A DNA stretch of 64,000 nucleotides, taken from assembly GCF_009914755.1 (NCBI RefSeq), contig NC_060939.1, one strand, 5' to 3'. Within the stretch, counting starts at the first letter, position 1. The number at the start of each line of letters is the position of its first letter. This document shows positions 14,051 to 34,630 of the stretch, in pieces. The stretch comes from the human T2T-CHM13v2.0 reference genome, Homo sapiens. The position numbers and the translations under genes were made by a program. The notes under the pieces were generated by a model. The model did not search any database, was not told where the DNA came from, and saw only the letters and a list, made by a program, of their open reading frames with translations.

Positions 14051-17000
14051 GTCAAGGTGGCCCACCTGAAGTGTGTTGGGAGTGGCTGGAACTGACACCT
14101 GAGGGGCTCTGTGACCCAGCAGAATTCTGTGCTTTTCCTGGGGAGAGCTTCTTCTAGGAAGAGGTGGCCACGACAGCCGATAGAAGGCTGTGACCTGAGT
14201 GCAAGCCTCATGCCAGCCACCTTCTGTATGTGAGACCGTGCTGCTTGCCAAAAGCTGTTAGTTCCTTCCATTCTGGCTGGCTGGGAGAGATTTCTCATGG
14301 TTGCGCGTGGGGAGAGTTGACATGTTTATGTGGAGGTAATGACTGTGTTGGCTCCTTAAGGAAGAATTAGGATGAGAGCCCAGTTCCCTGTTTGGGGACT
14401 TGAACTTAGATTCTCTGGTGGCCTGGAAAAGGTGGATACCTCGCAGGTTAATGTAGGAAGTTACCATCCCATGACAATTTTATTTTACTCTTCTTTCCTT
14501 TGCCCATTAGCTACTGCAAACTTAAAATTACCTATAGTGGAGAGTGGTAGTAGTCTACTTCAAAAACAGCAAATTCCCAGGGATTTGCCCTCACTTTTGG
14601 AATCTTAGCTAAATATTTTTTTCTCTATGGGATCACCCTCTTTTGCATCTGACTGAGGCAAGCCTTAAAGATCAAGCCGATGTCAGAGCAGAGGAACTGC
14701 TGTTTGGTAAGGATGCCTCAGAGATGAAAAGGGGAGGAGGGTGGTCTCAGAGAACCAGAAGAGGATTGGGAAAGTTGGCCCTGGAAGAGGACTTCTCACT
14801 CCTTCCCCAAGCCTTGCCCTGTCTCTTGACCTCCCTTGACTCCCTGCTCTTCCAGGTCAGCTTTGTCCATGCGCTGGACTGAATATTGCCAGCAGGTAGT
14901 CATAAGGACCCATGCAATCCCCCAAATCAATACTGAATACAAAGAAAGCTGTTGTTTCTGCTTCTCTGGAAGGAGAATAGGAAGTGACCACTGGCTTGAG
15001 AAGGGCTATGCTACCAAAGTAAACCATCACGGGACTGGTTCTGAAATGATCCAATTCCCTGTCTCTTTAGGATGAATCTCTTTAATCCAAGTACATTAAA
15101 TTGGAATGTAGTGATCATTCAGATTCAACTAATGTTTATTTTATGAAGTGGCTACTATGAACCAAGCACTGGGATAAAGCTTTAGTACAGTTAGGCCATT
15201 TTATTCACTTGAAGAGCAAAGGGCTCAAAGTTTACCTTTCCATGATCTATGAGAAAAAAGGTTTACCAAGCAAATGAGTGCTATATGCAAGATTGTCAAG
15301 GTGAGGTTTTAAACCACTTACAAGGACAAACTGCTTCCCAGAAGCCTGCCAATGCTTCTTAAGTACTCCCTTGTGTGGGCAAACACAGATCCAGGAGACA
15401 AACGGGAAGGACCTAGGACAAAAAGTCAGCAGGCTAGATTCCACTTCTAGTTCTGCACTGAAGTAGTCACATGCCTGCTATTGCATGGTGTCATCTAGTC
15501 CCCATTTCTTGTCCACAAAACTAGCATGAGCCCCCCACAAAAGCCTTGCTGAGCAAGGGGTTCAGTGTGCCCCTTTTGCATAAAAAAGGGAGAAAATAAG
15601 AATAAACATGCACACACATTTGTATTTGCTTCCATGTTCACAATGACATCCATAAGCTTATTCAAGAAATTAATAATCATGGTTACCTATGGGGAGTGGA
15701 GAGGTAGGAGTGAGACCTGGGCAGATGGAGACATAGATGGGAGGAAGATTCCTCCCCAAGGATATATTGGGTTTTGTTGAACCGTAGGAATACATTACCC
15801 ATTTAAAAATTTAATTCGTGGGAAGGGCCTCCTAAAATCCAGACATAATACTATGTAGAACTTCCAAACAAAAAGAAAGTCACGTTGGTATTACCTGTTC
15901 TATTATACTGATGTTGGCTCTTCCTAATCATTCGTTTTTTTTCTAAGTGCTCCCACTATCCTTAAATTGTTCATTTCTAGATTCTTGCCTGGGGTGGATG
16001 ATATTCCTCAGTGCCAGGTCACTGGGCAGAGATTTTTCACTGTATTGGATCTCTTCTGCTTTCTCTACTTTCTTATTTGTGAAAATATGTGTGCATACAG
16101 ACATACACACATGTGCACACACACATGCACGTGCACACACACACACACACGAGCTGACTCCCTTAAACCAGGTAGCTGACCTCCATGGGTCCACACTCTG
16201 GGTCCAAACTCAACTGAAGGAAAGTGAACTGAAGGAGGCATTTGTGAATTTGATTCTCCAACCTAAGGACTTTGCTTTTCAAACCAAGGGTGTTCAGAAG
16301 GGCACAGACTGCAGAACATGAAGACTTCTGTTACCATTAACATAGTTCCCTGGCTCCATGAGGCATGAACAGCCTCTCTGAGAATGCACCAACAACTCAG
16401 CACGCCTTGTAAACAGGCCACAATTATAGAGCTTGGTTTTGACTTTTTTTCCAGGGCCTTAAAGTTGATATATTTTTACATTTCCCTGGATTGGAGGGTA
16501 GGGGGCATGGCTTTGGGTTTAGCATTTGCTCTGCTGATTATCTCTTGGCTCTGTGAAAAACCTTGGCAGTGCTGTGGGGAATTGGTGCGGTGGGGAATGG
16601 AGGCTTGAAGAGTCAGTTGACCTGCAGACCAAGATAGAGCTGAAGGTGGAAACTTGGATGAAACCTTTAGGCTGTCCCTTCCAGTCCTCAGCGAGAACCT
16701 AGGGATCACCATGTGCAATGCTATGTGGATGTGGCGTGTCACACCACAGGCACCAGAGGGAGTTTCTGAGGTTGCAGAGGTGACTGGGCAATATCTTCCA
16801 AGCTCCCTGGTGTATTCTGGTTTGGCCAAGCAATGTGTTGCTGCAAGAGCTGAAGGAAAAGTCAACACATGGGAAGGAAAAGCAATCCATTGGGTGACTA
16901 CATTAATGGATGGGGAGAGACTTCTAGGACACAGACTTTGGCAAAATATGGTCATCATAAAGAAAATGGCTGAGTATATCTCTAGGCTTTCAAGTATTGT

Positions 17001-17189
17001 CATTTGCACTGTGTTATTTTTCCCTCCAAGGGGTTATTTGGGGAAAATTGTATACATCCCAGGGTTGAACTTCCAAACAAATGCAAGCTGCAACCAGCCC
17101 CAGAGCTACATATGGGCATGTCCCTAGGGTGGCTTTAGAAAAGCGTAGTTCTCTCTGTGCTCAGCTCAACCTGCCCCCTCTGCCCTGAG

Positions 17190-17221
<32 letters not shown>
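17190..17221. repeat. (CA)n microsatellite
   Basis: Seen directly; followed by C-runs. Confidence 0.95.
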
Positions 17222-17223
<2 letters not shown>

Positions 17224-17884
17224 CACTCCCCCCGCCCCCCCACCCCCACAGTTCCTTCCTTTGCAGAAGAGATGAGAAAACCTCTCTTTCTTTCTACTGT
17301 AGAGCAATTCCTTTGGAGGACAAAGACTGTTGCAATGAGCTTTTTGTCTCGGCAGAGTTTGCTAATACATTTAAAAATATTTATTGTGAATGGGTTGGAG
17401 GAGGTTGCTGTGGGAAGCCCTGTGTGTTATGTATACCTTTGCATGCTTCAGCAATGCCTGCCCAGTGCTTTGGGGACTCAGCAGATGTCCACAGATGATG
17501 ATAGTGACTTTGAGGAACCCCCATATTTCTTGAATTTTTCATAATGAGTGTAGAAAGAGGTCCCAGCACTGGAAAGGAAGGTGGGGAGCTGTTCCCCTCA
17601 TTGCTTACAGTGGTCTACCTCTTGTAAACACAAACCTCTACCTTGAGGAGCACCTTTCTGAGGTCAAGTGTGCTTCTGAGAGGGCAGGTGCCAGCCATGC
17701 ATCACAATCTAGGGAGGTGGGAAGTGTGAAGTTGCATGGAGGCAGGGAACCTGGGCTCTAGACACGACTCTGCCTCTAACATTCTGTGGAAACCTCAGGC
17801 TTCTGTCACTTTGAGCCTTGGTTTTCCATGGGTAAAGTGAGACCATGGAGACCCACCTCACATAATTGTTGAGAGGATTGTTTA

Positions 17885-18200
<316 letters not shown>

Positions 18201-19029
18201 AAAAATTAATACATGTGGAACATTTCAAAAACATGAAATAATAGGGAAAACAATGTAGTGAAACTTCATTTTCTCTCATCCAACTTCAGTAATTGCCAGC
18301 TCCCAGTTTTGTGTCATCTCTATTCCCACTCCCAGCCCCTTCCCATTACCCCTCAATGCCAGAATATGAGGACTTCATGGCATGGAACAGTGGCATGGAA
18401 GTGCCCTCCAGAGTATCTAACACATAGCAGATGCTTAGAAAATGTTTGTGGAATCTGAACTATTTAATAGTACATGCTTTATAATTATTACCTACTGTAG
18501 CATGGCGAGAGGGTACAGTATTTCTCACTGCCTTATGGATGAGATGACCTAGTCTCAGGTCAAGTGACTTGCCTAAGATCATGCAGCCACATAGGAATAT
18601 GGTGCTATCCTAGAACCATGGTTTCCAAATCCCACACGTGTACTCTTGGCAGTATGCTCTGCTGCCTCTGTGTTGATTTTTCCTTTTGAATATCTTCTTA
18701 GAGAGGAATAGGAGACTTGTAAAGTTTTATGTGGGCTCACAGTTTAAAGAGAACCTGTTTATGGGGTTGTAATAACCATGTATTCATGGACACAACTGCT
18801 TATGTCTGCAAAAGATCAGCAATTCATCAGACACTTTGTGAGTTATTTTCTTCTCTGATTGTCAGAGTGAAAGGTGAGTAAGATCACTTCTCTCAGGGAG
18901 CTCACAGTCATATGCACTGAGTCACATGACATAGAGTGGAGCGTGATGAGCGTAATGGCAACAGCATGAACCAAGTACTGAGGTTGCATGGAGGAAGGTT
19001 GTTTAACTCCTAGCTTCTGTCTTCATTAA

Positions 19030-21200
<2,171 letters not shown>

Positions 21201-21429
21201 AGCTATCAATACTTCCAAAAGTTGTGACCCTGGAACCATGGCAATTTGTACTCACGCTTATACAATCCTAGAAGCTGACTACTAGGTTTAATCTTTTCAT
21301 GAACTAGGAGTCTTCATTAGGTCAATGTACCAGATTAACAATGACCACACCAGGAGAGGTGCCATCTACTTATCTATTAATCAATATTAACACTGAAATT
21401 TTAGGCCAACTGTAAAGAGCTAACCAACT

Positions 21430-21990
21430 GTGAAGTGTGGGAACTTGATCTACACTTCTGACAGCAATTGCAAATTCAAGGGTCCCGATAATTTGTTAGA
21501 AGGACTCATAGAACTCACTGAAGTCTGTTGTACTTAAGGTTATGGTTTATTACAGGGAAGGGATGCAGGTCCCTTCTTCAACCAAGGGAAGAAATGCATA
21601 GGGTGGGGTCCCAGAAAGCAGCAAACGCAGAGCTTCCGGGTGTCCTCCTTCCATCAAGTCAGGACAGTGTTTCTTTCTCAGCATCGGCATGTGACAGTAA
21701 GTTCAGAGTATTGCCAGCCAGGGACACTCATGCAAGCCTTGTGTCCAGAGTTTTTACTGAGGCTTGATCACATACCACCTGCATGGTTGACCTTCAGTCA
21801 CCAGCCCTTCTGGAGGTAGACCTGATACAATGTGGCTCAAAACCCCCTTCATAGATCTCGTTAGATTGTCCAGTGGCCAAAGCCCCAAGGCAAACAAAGA
21901 CACTCCCATCAGGCAGGGCATTCTATGGAGATCACTTCCCAGAAGCTGAGGGTGGGGGCCAGCTGCTGCAAAGGCGCTCTTTGGTTGAGC
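21430..21990. mobile_element. MER21-like LTR
   Basis: agaaggactcatagaactcactgaa...ggttatggtttattacaggg and caaacaaagacactcccatcaggcagg motifs. Confidence 0.55.
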
Positions 21991-23287
21991 GGGGTGGGGG
22001 GTGGGGGGTGGCGGGACCAGGGTGGGACCAGGGACCGGAATGTGGGGCAGGATGCAGAGTGGAGAGGCTCGCTCAGGTGAAGGCACTACTGTGTCACCAT
22101 TGGCTCCTGGGTCCTGGCTCCAGGTGGGGAGAAGCAGTTTCTCTTTCTGGGGCAACAAATAAAATCCCTCCGGGCACAGGAGTGCTCATTGCTGGTTGGT
22201 TATGCCAGTCTGTCTCTATTTTTAGAAAGAACCACAAGAAGGAGGAAAAGAATCTAGAGAAATAAGTACAGTTGGTTCCTCCCTGAGGCAGAAGCTGGGT
22301 TCTGTGGGATGAAGCACAGATGCAAAGCCATTGTCCTGCCACCCAGCAGTGCAGTCGGAGATGGATGGCATGAATCTAGAATACCATGGGAATGGGTCCT
22401 TGCCCTGGGCCAGTAAACATTTGAGACTCAGAGCCAGGAGATAGGATGAGAAGATTGCAGTGATGAGACCCACAGAGGGCAGCAGCCATCTCTTAAGGGA
22501 TCAACTTGGAGACCAAATCCATCACTTCTTGGAGGTCCAGTAGCCCCTGCACCCTCTGCGCTTTGCAGAGACATCCTGCAGTTCAGGGAAGAAACGGAGC
22601 TGAAGGGCATGTGGAAGAAGAATGTCACAGAGATGCAAGGGGTTGGATTATTGGTTGGCTTAAGGTCAAATCATTATTTGCTGCCTGAAGAAAAAAAAAG
22701 ACCTTGCTTAGGGACAGAAGTACTTGTTCTGGTCTTAGGTCAGATGAGGGGGTAAAGCAACTCTTCCAACTGTCATGGAATTGGGTATTTTGCCACCAAA
22801 AATTTCATGATCCAATAATGATGATCATAATCAGTGAATGCTGGATTAAACTGAAAATAGTACAGGACTTCTCTGAGCCTTTACTATGAATTTGCCCATT
22901 AAATTCCCTAAAAGAGAAGGAGAAGCTATGCGTATTGAATATCTGTTAGTACCTGGAAAATCCAGTTTTCTGTTTTTCAGTATGGGGGAGAACAGAACCC
23001 CGCTTGAGGGTTGAAACAAATTCCTCTGAACACAGTATGGGGAATTCAGAAGAGATTAAAAGAACATATGATTGGAATTATTCAGATCTGGATGAGAAGC
23101 CTGGGCCAGCTGTTTGACTAGTGTACTAGTGTAACCCTGGTCAAGCAACCAAACTTCTTGGGTCTTAATTTTCTTATGTATAAGATGAGACTAATAATTC
23201 ATATCTCAAAGTTATTGAGAGGAATAAATGAAATCAGGTAAGTAAAGAATCCTTAAAAGAGCCTGTAACATAGTAAGCATATAAGAA

Positions 23288-23472
23288 ATGGATGGATGCA
23301 TGGATGGATGGATGCCTGGATGGATGGTTAGATGGATGGTTAGATAGATGGAAGGATGGGTAGATAGATGGAAGGATGGGTAGATAGATGGATAGAATGA
23401 TGGACGCCTGGATGGATAGGTAGATGGGTGGGTGGATGGATGGAAGGATGGGTAGATAGACGGATGGAATGA
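23288..23472. repeat. (GGAT)/(AGAT) degenerate tetranucleotide repeat
   Basis: Seen directly. Confidence 0.9.
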
Positions 23473-24081
23473 TTAATCTTGGCCCACTACCTTAGCTAGA
23501 TAGGGTCATTGTTCTAGCACATACCCAGACCATCAAGCATGAGTTTGTGTGTATGCACATGCTTGTGTGTGCACATATGTGCATAAGTATATATGCAAGC
23601 ACTCATGCATGAATTTTCCTGAACCTTTTCCAAAGACAGAAAAGTTAGAAGCTCTTCCACCATGCTTCCATAATATCCTGGCAGTGGCTATATCACAACT
23701 ACTCCACTGCACTGTAACTGTTTCATAGCCCATCTATCTCTGTTAGAACACTAAGCATCCTGGACCACAAAGGTCATAGCCCAGTCCCTGCAACACCATG
23801 AATGCTTATAAAATCATTGTAAAATGATTCTTCTCAATTGTCTAGGCAGGTAGGGCCACTGCACCAGTGACATCTGAGAGGCCTGACCCGACCAGCCTAT
23901 CAGTGTATCTTAACCCCTCTTGAGGGTCAAAACAAATTCCTCTGAACTCAGCACTCACTAGTGAGTTGGAGGAGGCTGATGACAGGGCTGGTGTCTAGAG
24001 TAGGATGAGATGAGCTCTGGGAGCCATAACAGTGCAGAGGTTCCTGCCATCAGCATTTCAGGGTATGGGCTGAGCATTTCA

Positions 24082-24420
<339 letters not shown>

Positions 24421-24517
24421 TCACCAAATGTCAGAGTCAGGGACACAGGGCATGCCCCACAGGGTGGGATGACAGGAAGTCCACCTGGGCCCTGACCCTC
24501 CTGACCGCCCCTCATCC

Positions 24518-24720
24518 GGGGGTACACTAACCCTTTCGGACTGCAGGGTGCCCTGAACATTAGGACTGTGGGGTACCCCAATCCTTTAGGACTGTGAGGT
24601 GCCCTGAACATCAGGGATGTGGGGTACCCCAACCATTTAGGACTATAGGCTGCCCTGAAATGACGGCCAGGGGGTACCCTGACCTTTTAGGGCTGTGGGA
24701 CACACTGACTTCTTAAGACT
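24518..24720. repeat. ~51-bp minisatellite, about 3.5 copies
   Basis: Recurring ggggtacccc..ctttaggactgtg..gtgccctgaa. Confidence 0.8.
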
Positions 24721-24895
24721 ACGGCTGGTGCCTACAGGAGTCCAAGGGATACCAGGCCTATGTGGGGAGGGGGCAGAGGTAGAAAAGCAATGGGGGAGGT
24801 GCGGGGCATCGGCTGTCCCTGCCCTGGAGAGGATGGGGCCAGCCAGGTAGGTGTGCAGCCAGGACCCCTCAAGGACTCAAGGGAGAGATGCGGTC

Positions 24896-25084
24896 GGGGA
24901 GAGAGGAGTGGGGGACGGGGAGAGAGGAGGGGGGGATGGGGAGAGAGGAGGGGGGGACGGGGGGCGGGGAGAGAGGAAGGGGTGCCGGGGAGAGAGGAAG
25001 GGGTGCCGGGGAGAGAGGAAGGGGTGTCTGGGAGAGAGGAAGGGGTGTTGGGGAAAGAGGGGAAAGGGGACAGAGGGGGCGGGG
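24896..25084 (+). repeat. G-rich ~20-21-bp tandem repeat (G-quadruplex potential)
   Basis: ggggagagaggaaggggtgcc-type units with multiple G4+ runs. Confidence 0.85.
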
Positions 25085-25298
25085 ACAGGAGCCGGAACCG
25101 GGGTCACACGTGGAAGGCCAGGACCCTGGGTCAGGAGTGGGAGCCAAGACCCGGGGTCACATGTGGGGCTGGCCACCTGACTGGAGTATGGTCTTCAGTC
25201 ATGCTGTCACCAGGCTGTGGGACCTCAGGGATGCAGTGAGGGAGCCAGGCCTCGGGGGCCCAGCCTGGATTCTGCCGACTCCCATCCCTCAGCCTCAC

Positions 25299-25353
25299 CA
25301 AGAGGCCACTGACTTCGTCACTGCACAGAGATCCCATCCTGGGGTTCTGGGGC
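25299..25353 (-). other. Putative 55-nt exon of an unidentified (pseudo)gene or lncRNA
   Basis: CTGTGTTTCTCCTGCACAG|G acceptor and TTG|GTGAGG donor. Confidence 0.45.
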
Positions 25354-25494
25354 CTGTGCAGGAGAAACACAGGTGCAGGGCCACGTGCCCACACCGCCGG
25401 CATCTGTGCTCCACAACCAAACTCCTAGAGCCGTCATCATCTCTGGGCTGCAGTGCCCGCCGGTGACAACTCCCTGACCACCTCGCTGTGGTCA

Positions 25495-26341
<847 letters not shown>

Positions 26342-27769
26342 TCATGATGAGGGTCACTTCTGTGGGACACACAAGACACAGCTCACACCTGCCCCTACAC
26401 ACAGCTATTTCTGACCCCAAACAGCGAGGCAGTCACTTCAGACCCAAAAGGAAGGTGAAGCCTGCGGCCCTGCACCATCCGCGTGCCACTGCACTGACTT
26501 AAAGCTTCTCACGGGCTGGGTGTGGTGGCTCACGCCTGTAATCCCAGCACTTGGTGACGCCGAGGCAGGTGGATCACCTGAGCTCGGGAGTTCGAGACCA
26601 GCCTGGCCAACATGGTGAAACTCTGTCTCTACTAAAAATACAAAAATTAGCCAGGCATGATGGCAGGCACCTGTAATCCCAGCTACTCCAGAGACTGAGG
26701 CAGGAGAATGGCTTGAACCCGACAGGTGGAGGTTGTAGTTAGCCGAGATCATACCACTGCACTCCAGCCTGGGTGACACGGCGAGGATCCATCTCAAAAA
26801 ATAAATAAATAAATAAAGCTTCTCGTGAATGATGAAACCAAAATTACCATCGCGTCTGCACTGTATGGATCTGTCTGCTACAACCAGCAGGACCACAGCC
26901 AGGCTGCAACTCACTTTCTTTACAAAAAGCACCAGGGATGACCAGGAATTAGTCCCCACCAGGTGACACTCACAGCCTTACCCACACGTAGGAGCCCCAC
27001 GGACATATGGATCAAATACAATACGAGAGACACACATCTCACCCCATTCTGTGCAGCCAACACAGTGCACATTCAGCATACGGTTTGGTTTGCTTTTTGT
27101 TTTTTTCTGAGACCGGGTCTCACTCTGCCTCCCAGGCTGGAGCGTGGTGGTGCAATCTCAGCTCACTGCAGCCTCCACCTTCTGGGCTCGAGTGATCTTC
27201 TCACCTCAGCTTCCTGTGTAGCCAGGACCACAGGTCCCACGCCCAGCTAATTTTTTTTTTAAGAGATAGGGTCTCACTATGTTGCCCAGGCTGGTCTTGA
27301 ACTCCTGGGCTCAAGCAGCCCTCCCCATTTGGCCTCCCAAAGTGCTTGGCACAGGGTAGATTTTAAGTTAAAAATCTCACAAAACAGGCCGGGTGCAGTC
27401 TTATGCCTGGAATCCAGCACTTTGCAAGCCCGATTGGGGTGTTTTTTTTAGTAGAGATGGGTTTTCGCCACTGGAATCCAGCACTTTGGGAGGCCAAGTG
27501 GGGAGGGCTGCTTGAGTCCAGGAGTTTGAGACCAGCCTGCAGAGCATAGGCTCAGAGACTCTGTCTCCATGAAAAAAAGGCACACACACACACACACACA
27601 TGCACACACACGCACAGGTGTGGTGGTGGACGCCTGTAGTCCCAGCTATTTAGGAGGCAGAGGTGGGAGGATTGCTTGAGCCCAGGTGGTAGAGGCTAAA
27701 GTGAGCTGTGATCACACCACTGCACTATCTAGCCTGGGCAACACAGCAGAAACGTGCCTCGAAAAATTA

Positions 27770-28277
<508 letters not shown>

Positions 28278-28572
28278 TAGTAGAGACGGGGTTTTACCAC
28301 ATTGGCCAGGTTGGTCTCGAACTCCTGACCTCAGGTGATCCCCCTGCCTGGGCCTCTCAAAGTGCTGGGATGACAGGCGTGAGCCATTGTGCCTGGCCAT
28401 GAATCCAGTTTTGATACAATTTTGAGAAACACAAATGTCTATATACAGACATACACAGGTATATCTATTATCCATGCATGCGTGCCTACACACACTCACA
28501 AATGTGTGTGTGCATGTGTGTATACTTATACATTTTGGTGATATTTGGTGATATTCTTCTAGCCCCATATAG

Positions 28573-28719
<147 letters not shown>

Positions 28720-28921
28720 TGAGTAGCTCGGACTACAGGTGCCTGCCACCACGCCCGGCTAAATTTTTGTATTTTTAGTAGAGACAGAGTTTCACTGCGT
28801 TAGCCAGGATGGTCTCCATCTCCTGACCTCGTGATCTGCCCGCCTCGGCCTCCCAAAGTGCTGGGATTACAGGCTTGAGCCACTGCACCCGGACAACCAA
28901 ATCTTAACAATGCTTATCTCA

Positions 28922-29330
<409 letters not shown>

Positions 29331-29392
29331 TCACCTGAGTTCGGGAGTTTGAGACCAGCCTGGCCAGCATGGAGAAACCCCCATCTCTACTA

Positions 29393-29551
<159 letters not shown>

Positions 29552-30083
29552 TCAAAAAAAAAAAAAAAAGAAAAAAAGAAAAACAAATTTTCAAACCTGT
29601 TATAAAACAGCCACCCCCTTGGCCTGACGTCATGCCTCACGCCTGTCATCCCAGCACTTTGGGAGGCTGATGCAGGCCTTGAGCTCAGGATTTTGAGACC
29701 AGCCTGGCCAACGTGGTAAAACCCTGTCTCTACCAAAAATACAAAAGTTAGCCAGGTGTGGTGGTGCATGTTTGTAATCCGAGCTAGCTGGAAGGCTGGG
29801 GTGGAAGGATGACTTGAACCTGGGATGCAGAGTTTGCAGTGAGCTGAGATCACGCCACTACACTCCAGCCTGGGTGAGCGAGTGAGACTCTGTCTCAAAA
29901 AAACAAACAACGGTCACTCCCAACCAACTCACATTAAACCGTTCTCTCAAGGGCTATGGATAAACAGTTCGAATTTTAAGAACACAGGCTGCCATGAGAC
30001 ATTTTAAATTTTTTTTGTCAGCAGAGGGTAGAAAGTTACAAAACTCAATGACAGGAAATTGCAAATTTCTAAGATTATAGTAG

Positions 30084-30419
<336 letters not shown>

Positions 30420-30446
30420 TAAACACTTGTGAAGGTACACAGGTAA

Positions 30447-30772
<326 letters not shown>

Positions 30773-30899
30773 TAAAATGCACAATTCTCTATGTTTCGGT
30801 GTTTCTGAAACCAAGGTCATCTCACCATCCACAGGAATCTTTAATAGTTTTTCTTTTTTTCCCCAACAGTTATTACATCACTGATGCATCTTAAAAGTC

Positions 30900-32204
<1,305 letters not shown>

Positions 32205-32906
32205 AGAGAAGTGACATTATCCTACCATAATCAGTTCTTTTTCCCTCTTTTCCTCTGTCAGGACATAGTATCAATAACAGAGAAGACAGTAAGACACTCA
32301 CCACCTCATTAGCAAGAACGTTAATCCCCACCGCTCCCCTCCCTCACCTCCCAAAACCACTGGGAGGGCACTGCTGGGGTACACGTGGCCACGTCAGGAA
32401 ACTGGAAGAAAGGAAGGCAGGGCTGGGCGCAGGGGCTCACGCCTGTAAGCCCAGCACTTTGGGAGGACGAAGCGGGTGGATCACCTGAGGTCGAGAGTTT
32501 GAGACCAGCCTGACCAACACGGAGAAACCCTGTCTCTACTAAAAATACAAAATTAGCCAGGCACAGTGGTGCACACCTGTAATCCCAGCTACTCAGGAGG
32601 CTGAGGCAGGAGAATCGCTTGAACCTGGCAGGCGGAGGTTGCCGTGAGCCAAGATCGTGCCACTGCAGTCCAGCCTGGGCAACAGAGCAAGGCTCTGTCT
32701 CAAAAAAAAAAAGAAAAAATTCTTACAGAGAAGAGGGTCTCGCGATGTTGGCCAGGCTGGTCTCGAACCCCTGGGCTGAGGCAATCCTCCTGGGTTGGCA
32801 TCCCACAGTGCTGGGATTACAGGCCTGAGCCACTGCGCTCGGCCATCTATGGCTTTTTATCCCCACTATAAGACAAGGAAGAGGCATAGCTCAGGAGTGA
32901 GCTGAG

Positions 32907-32925
32907 TCGACACCAGGTGGCGCCC
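32907..32925 (+). promoter_or_regulatory. CTCF-like motif
   Basis: tcgacaccaggtggcgccc versus the consensus core CCACCAG(G/A)(T/G)GGCGC, one core mismatch. Confidence 0.35.
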
Positions 32926-33086
32926 AGGTCCCGAGCCTGCTCTGTCTGCAATGCAGCCTTCATCCCCCGACCTGCACGTCCCCTCTCATCCCAGAGCACA
33001 CCCTCCGGGGCCATCATCCCCCCACCCGCAGGGCTCACCCTCCAAAGGACCCCAGGGCCTGCGTGGTGGTCCGTGGACTCACTTAC

Positions 33087-33150
33087 CAACCCTCCTTCTG
33101 CTCGGCCTCCTGAAGCCCTTGGATGGCTCGGAGGGCACGGGGACCAGGTA
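33087..33150 (-). other. Putative 64-nt exon
   Basis: TTATCCTTTAG| acceptor and TTG|GTAAGT donor with perfect intronic consensus. Confidence 0.55.
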
Positions 33151-33159
33151 CTAAAGGAT

Positions 33160-33476
33160 AATGATGGCTACACACACGTCCCTAAGCTCACTACCTGGGG
33201 ACGCCCTCATTCTGTCTCTCAGTCTATTAACAGGGGAGATGGAGCCCAGGAGCCCAGGAGACAGCTACACACACACACACACAAGCACACACACACACGT
33301 TCCTGAGTTCACCACCTGGGGATGCTCTCATTCCGTCTCTCAGTATATTAACGGCAGACAGAGCCCAGGAGATTGACGGCTACACACACACACACACGTG
33401 TCCCTGAGCTCACCACCTGGGGATGCACTCATTCCATCTCTATTAACAGGGCAGACAGAGCCCAGGAGATTGGTGG

Positions 33477-33513
<37 letters not shown>

Positions 33514-33708
33514 CCTGAGCTCACCACCTGGGGATGCCTTCATTGTGTCTCTCAGTCTATTAACAGGGAAGACGGAGCCCGGGAGACTGACGGCTACACA
33601 CATGCACACACAGACACACACACACACGTCTCTGAGTTCACCACCTGGGGACGCTCTCATTCCATCTCTCAGTCTATTAACAGGGCAGACGGAGCCCAGG
33701 ATTGATGG

Positions 33709-33764
<56 letters not shown>

Positions 33765-33966
33765 TCCTTAGCTCACCACCTGGGGATGCTCTCATTCCAT
33801 CTCTCAGTCTGTTAACAGGGCAGACAGAGCCCAGGATTGATGGCTACACTCACACACACACGTTCCTGAGCTCACCACCTGGAGACGTCCAGCACTCCTC
33901 CCACAGCATCTTCGAAGCTCTCATTCTGTCTCTCAGTCTATTAACAGGGGACACAGAGCCCAGGAG
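33160..33966. repeat. Compound VNTR, 7 units of ~100-135 bp, each with a variable (CA)n tract
   Basis: Core cctgagctcaccacctggggatgctctcattccatctctcagtctattaacagggcagacagagcccagga at ~33181, 33301, 33402, 33512, 33630, 33765 and 33864. Confidence 0.95.
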
Positions 33967-34054
33967 AGGTCTCCGTCCCGCGCTGTCCTGGCAAATCTGG
34001 GTCCCGATTCTGAGTTCAATGGTGTTAAAAAATAATAGGCTATGTCCCCACTAA

Positions 34055-34450
<396 letters not shown>

Positions 34451-34578
34451 TGACCTCAGACACCTTTTGGTGCTTCTGATTTGAGATGGGGTCTCACTCT
34501 GTCACCCAGGCTGGACCGCAGTGCTGCAATCTAAGCTTACTGCAGCCTCCACCTCCTGGGCTCAGGTGATCCTTCCAC

Positions 34579-34630
34579 CTCAGCCTCCAAAGTAGCTGGG
34601 ACCACAGGCCCCCACCACCACGCCCGGCTA
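34579..34630 (-). ncRNA. MIR1268A: Alu-derived annotated microRNA hairpin
   Basis: The reverse complement reads TAGCCGGGCGTGGTGGTGGGGGCCTGTGGTCCCAGCTACTTTGGAGGCTGAG; mature CGGGCGUGGUGGUGGGGG at 34626-34609. Recognised from memory; bona fide miRNA status is doubtful. Confidence 0.8.

Noticed and set aside
14856-14895. Plus-strand exon candidate after ctccctgctcttccag (also an 8-nt candidate near 18865)
   Set aside because: Isolated splice-like motifs with no supporting partner exons or homology.
16476-17127. Overlapping 177-aa and 157-aa ORFs
   Set aside because: No recognisable homology or exon structure; a lncRNA exon cannot be excluded.
33398-34054. 218-aa and other long ORFs over the VNTR
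   Set aside because: Products of the tandem repeat (THTH runs), with no coding evidence.
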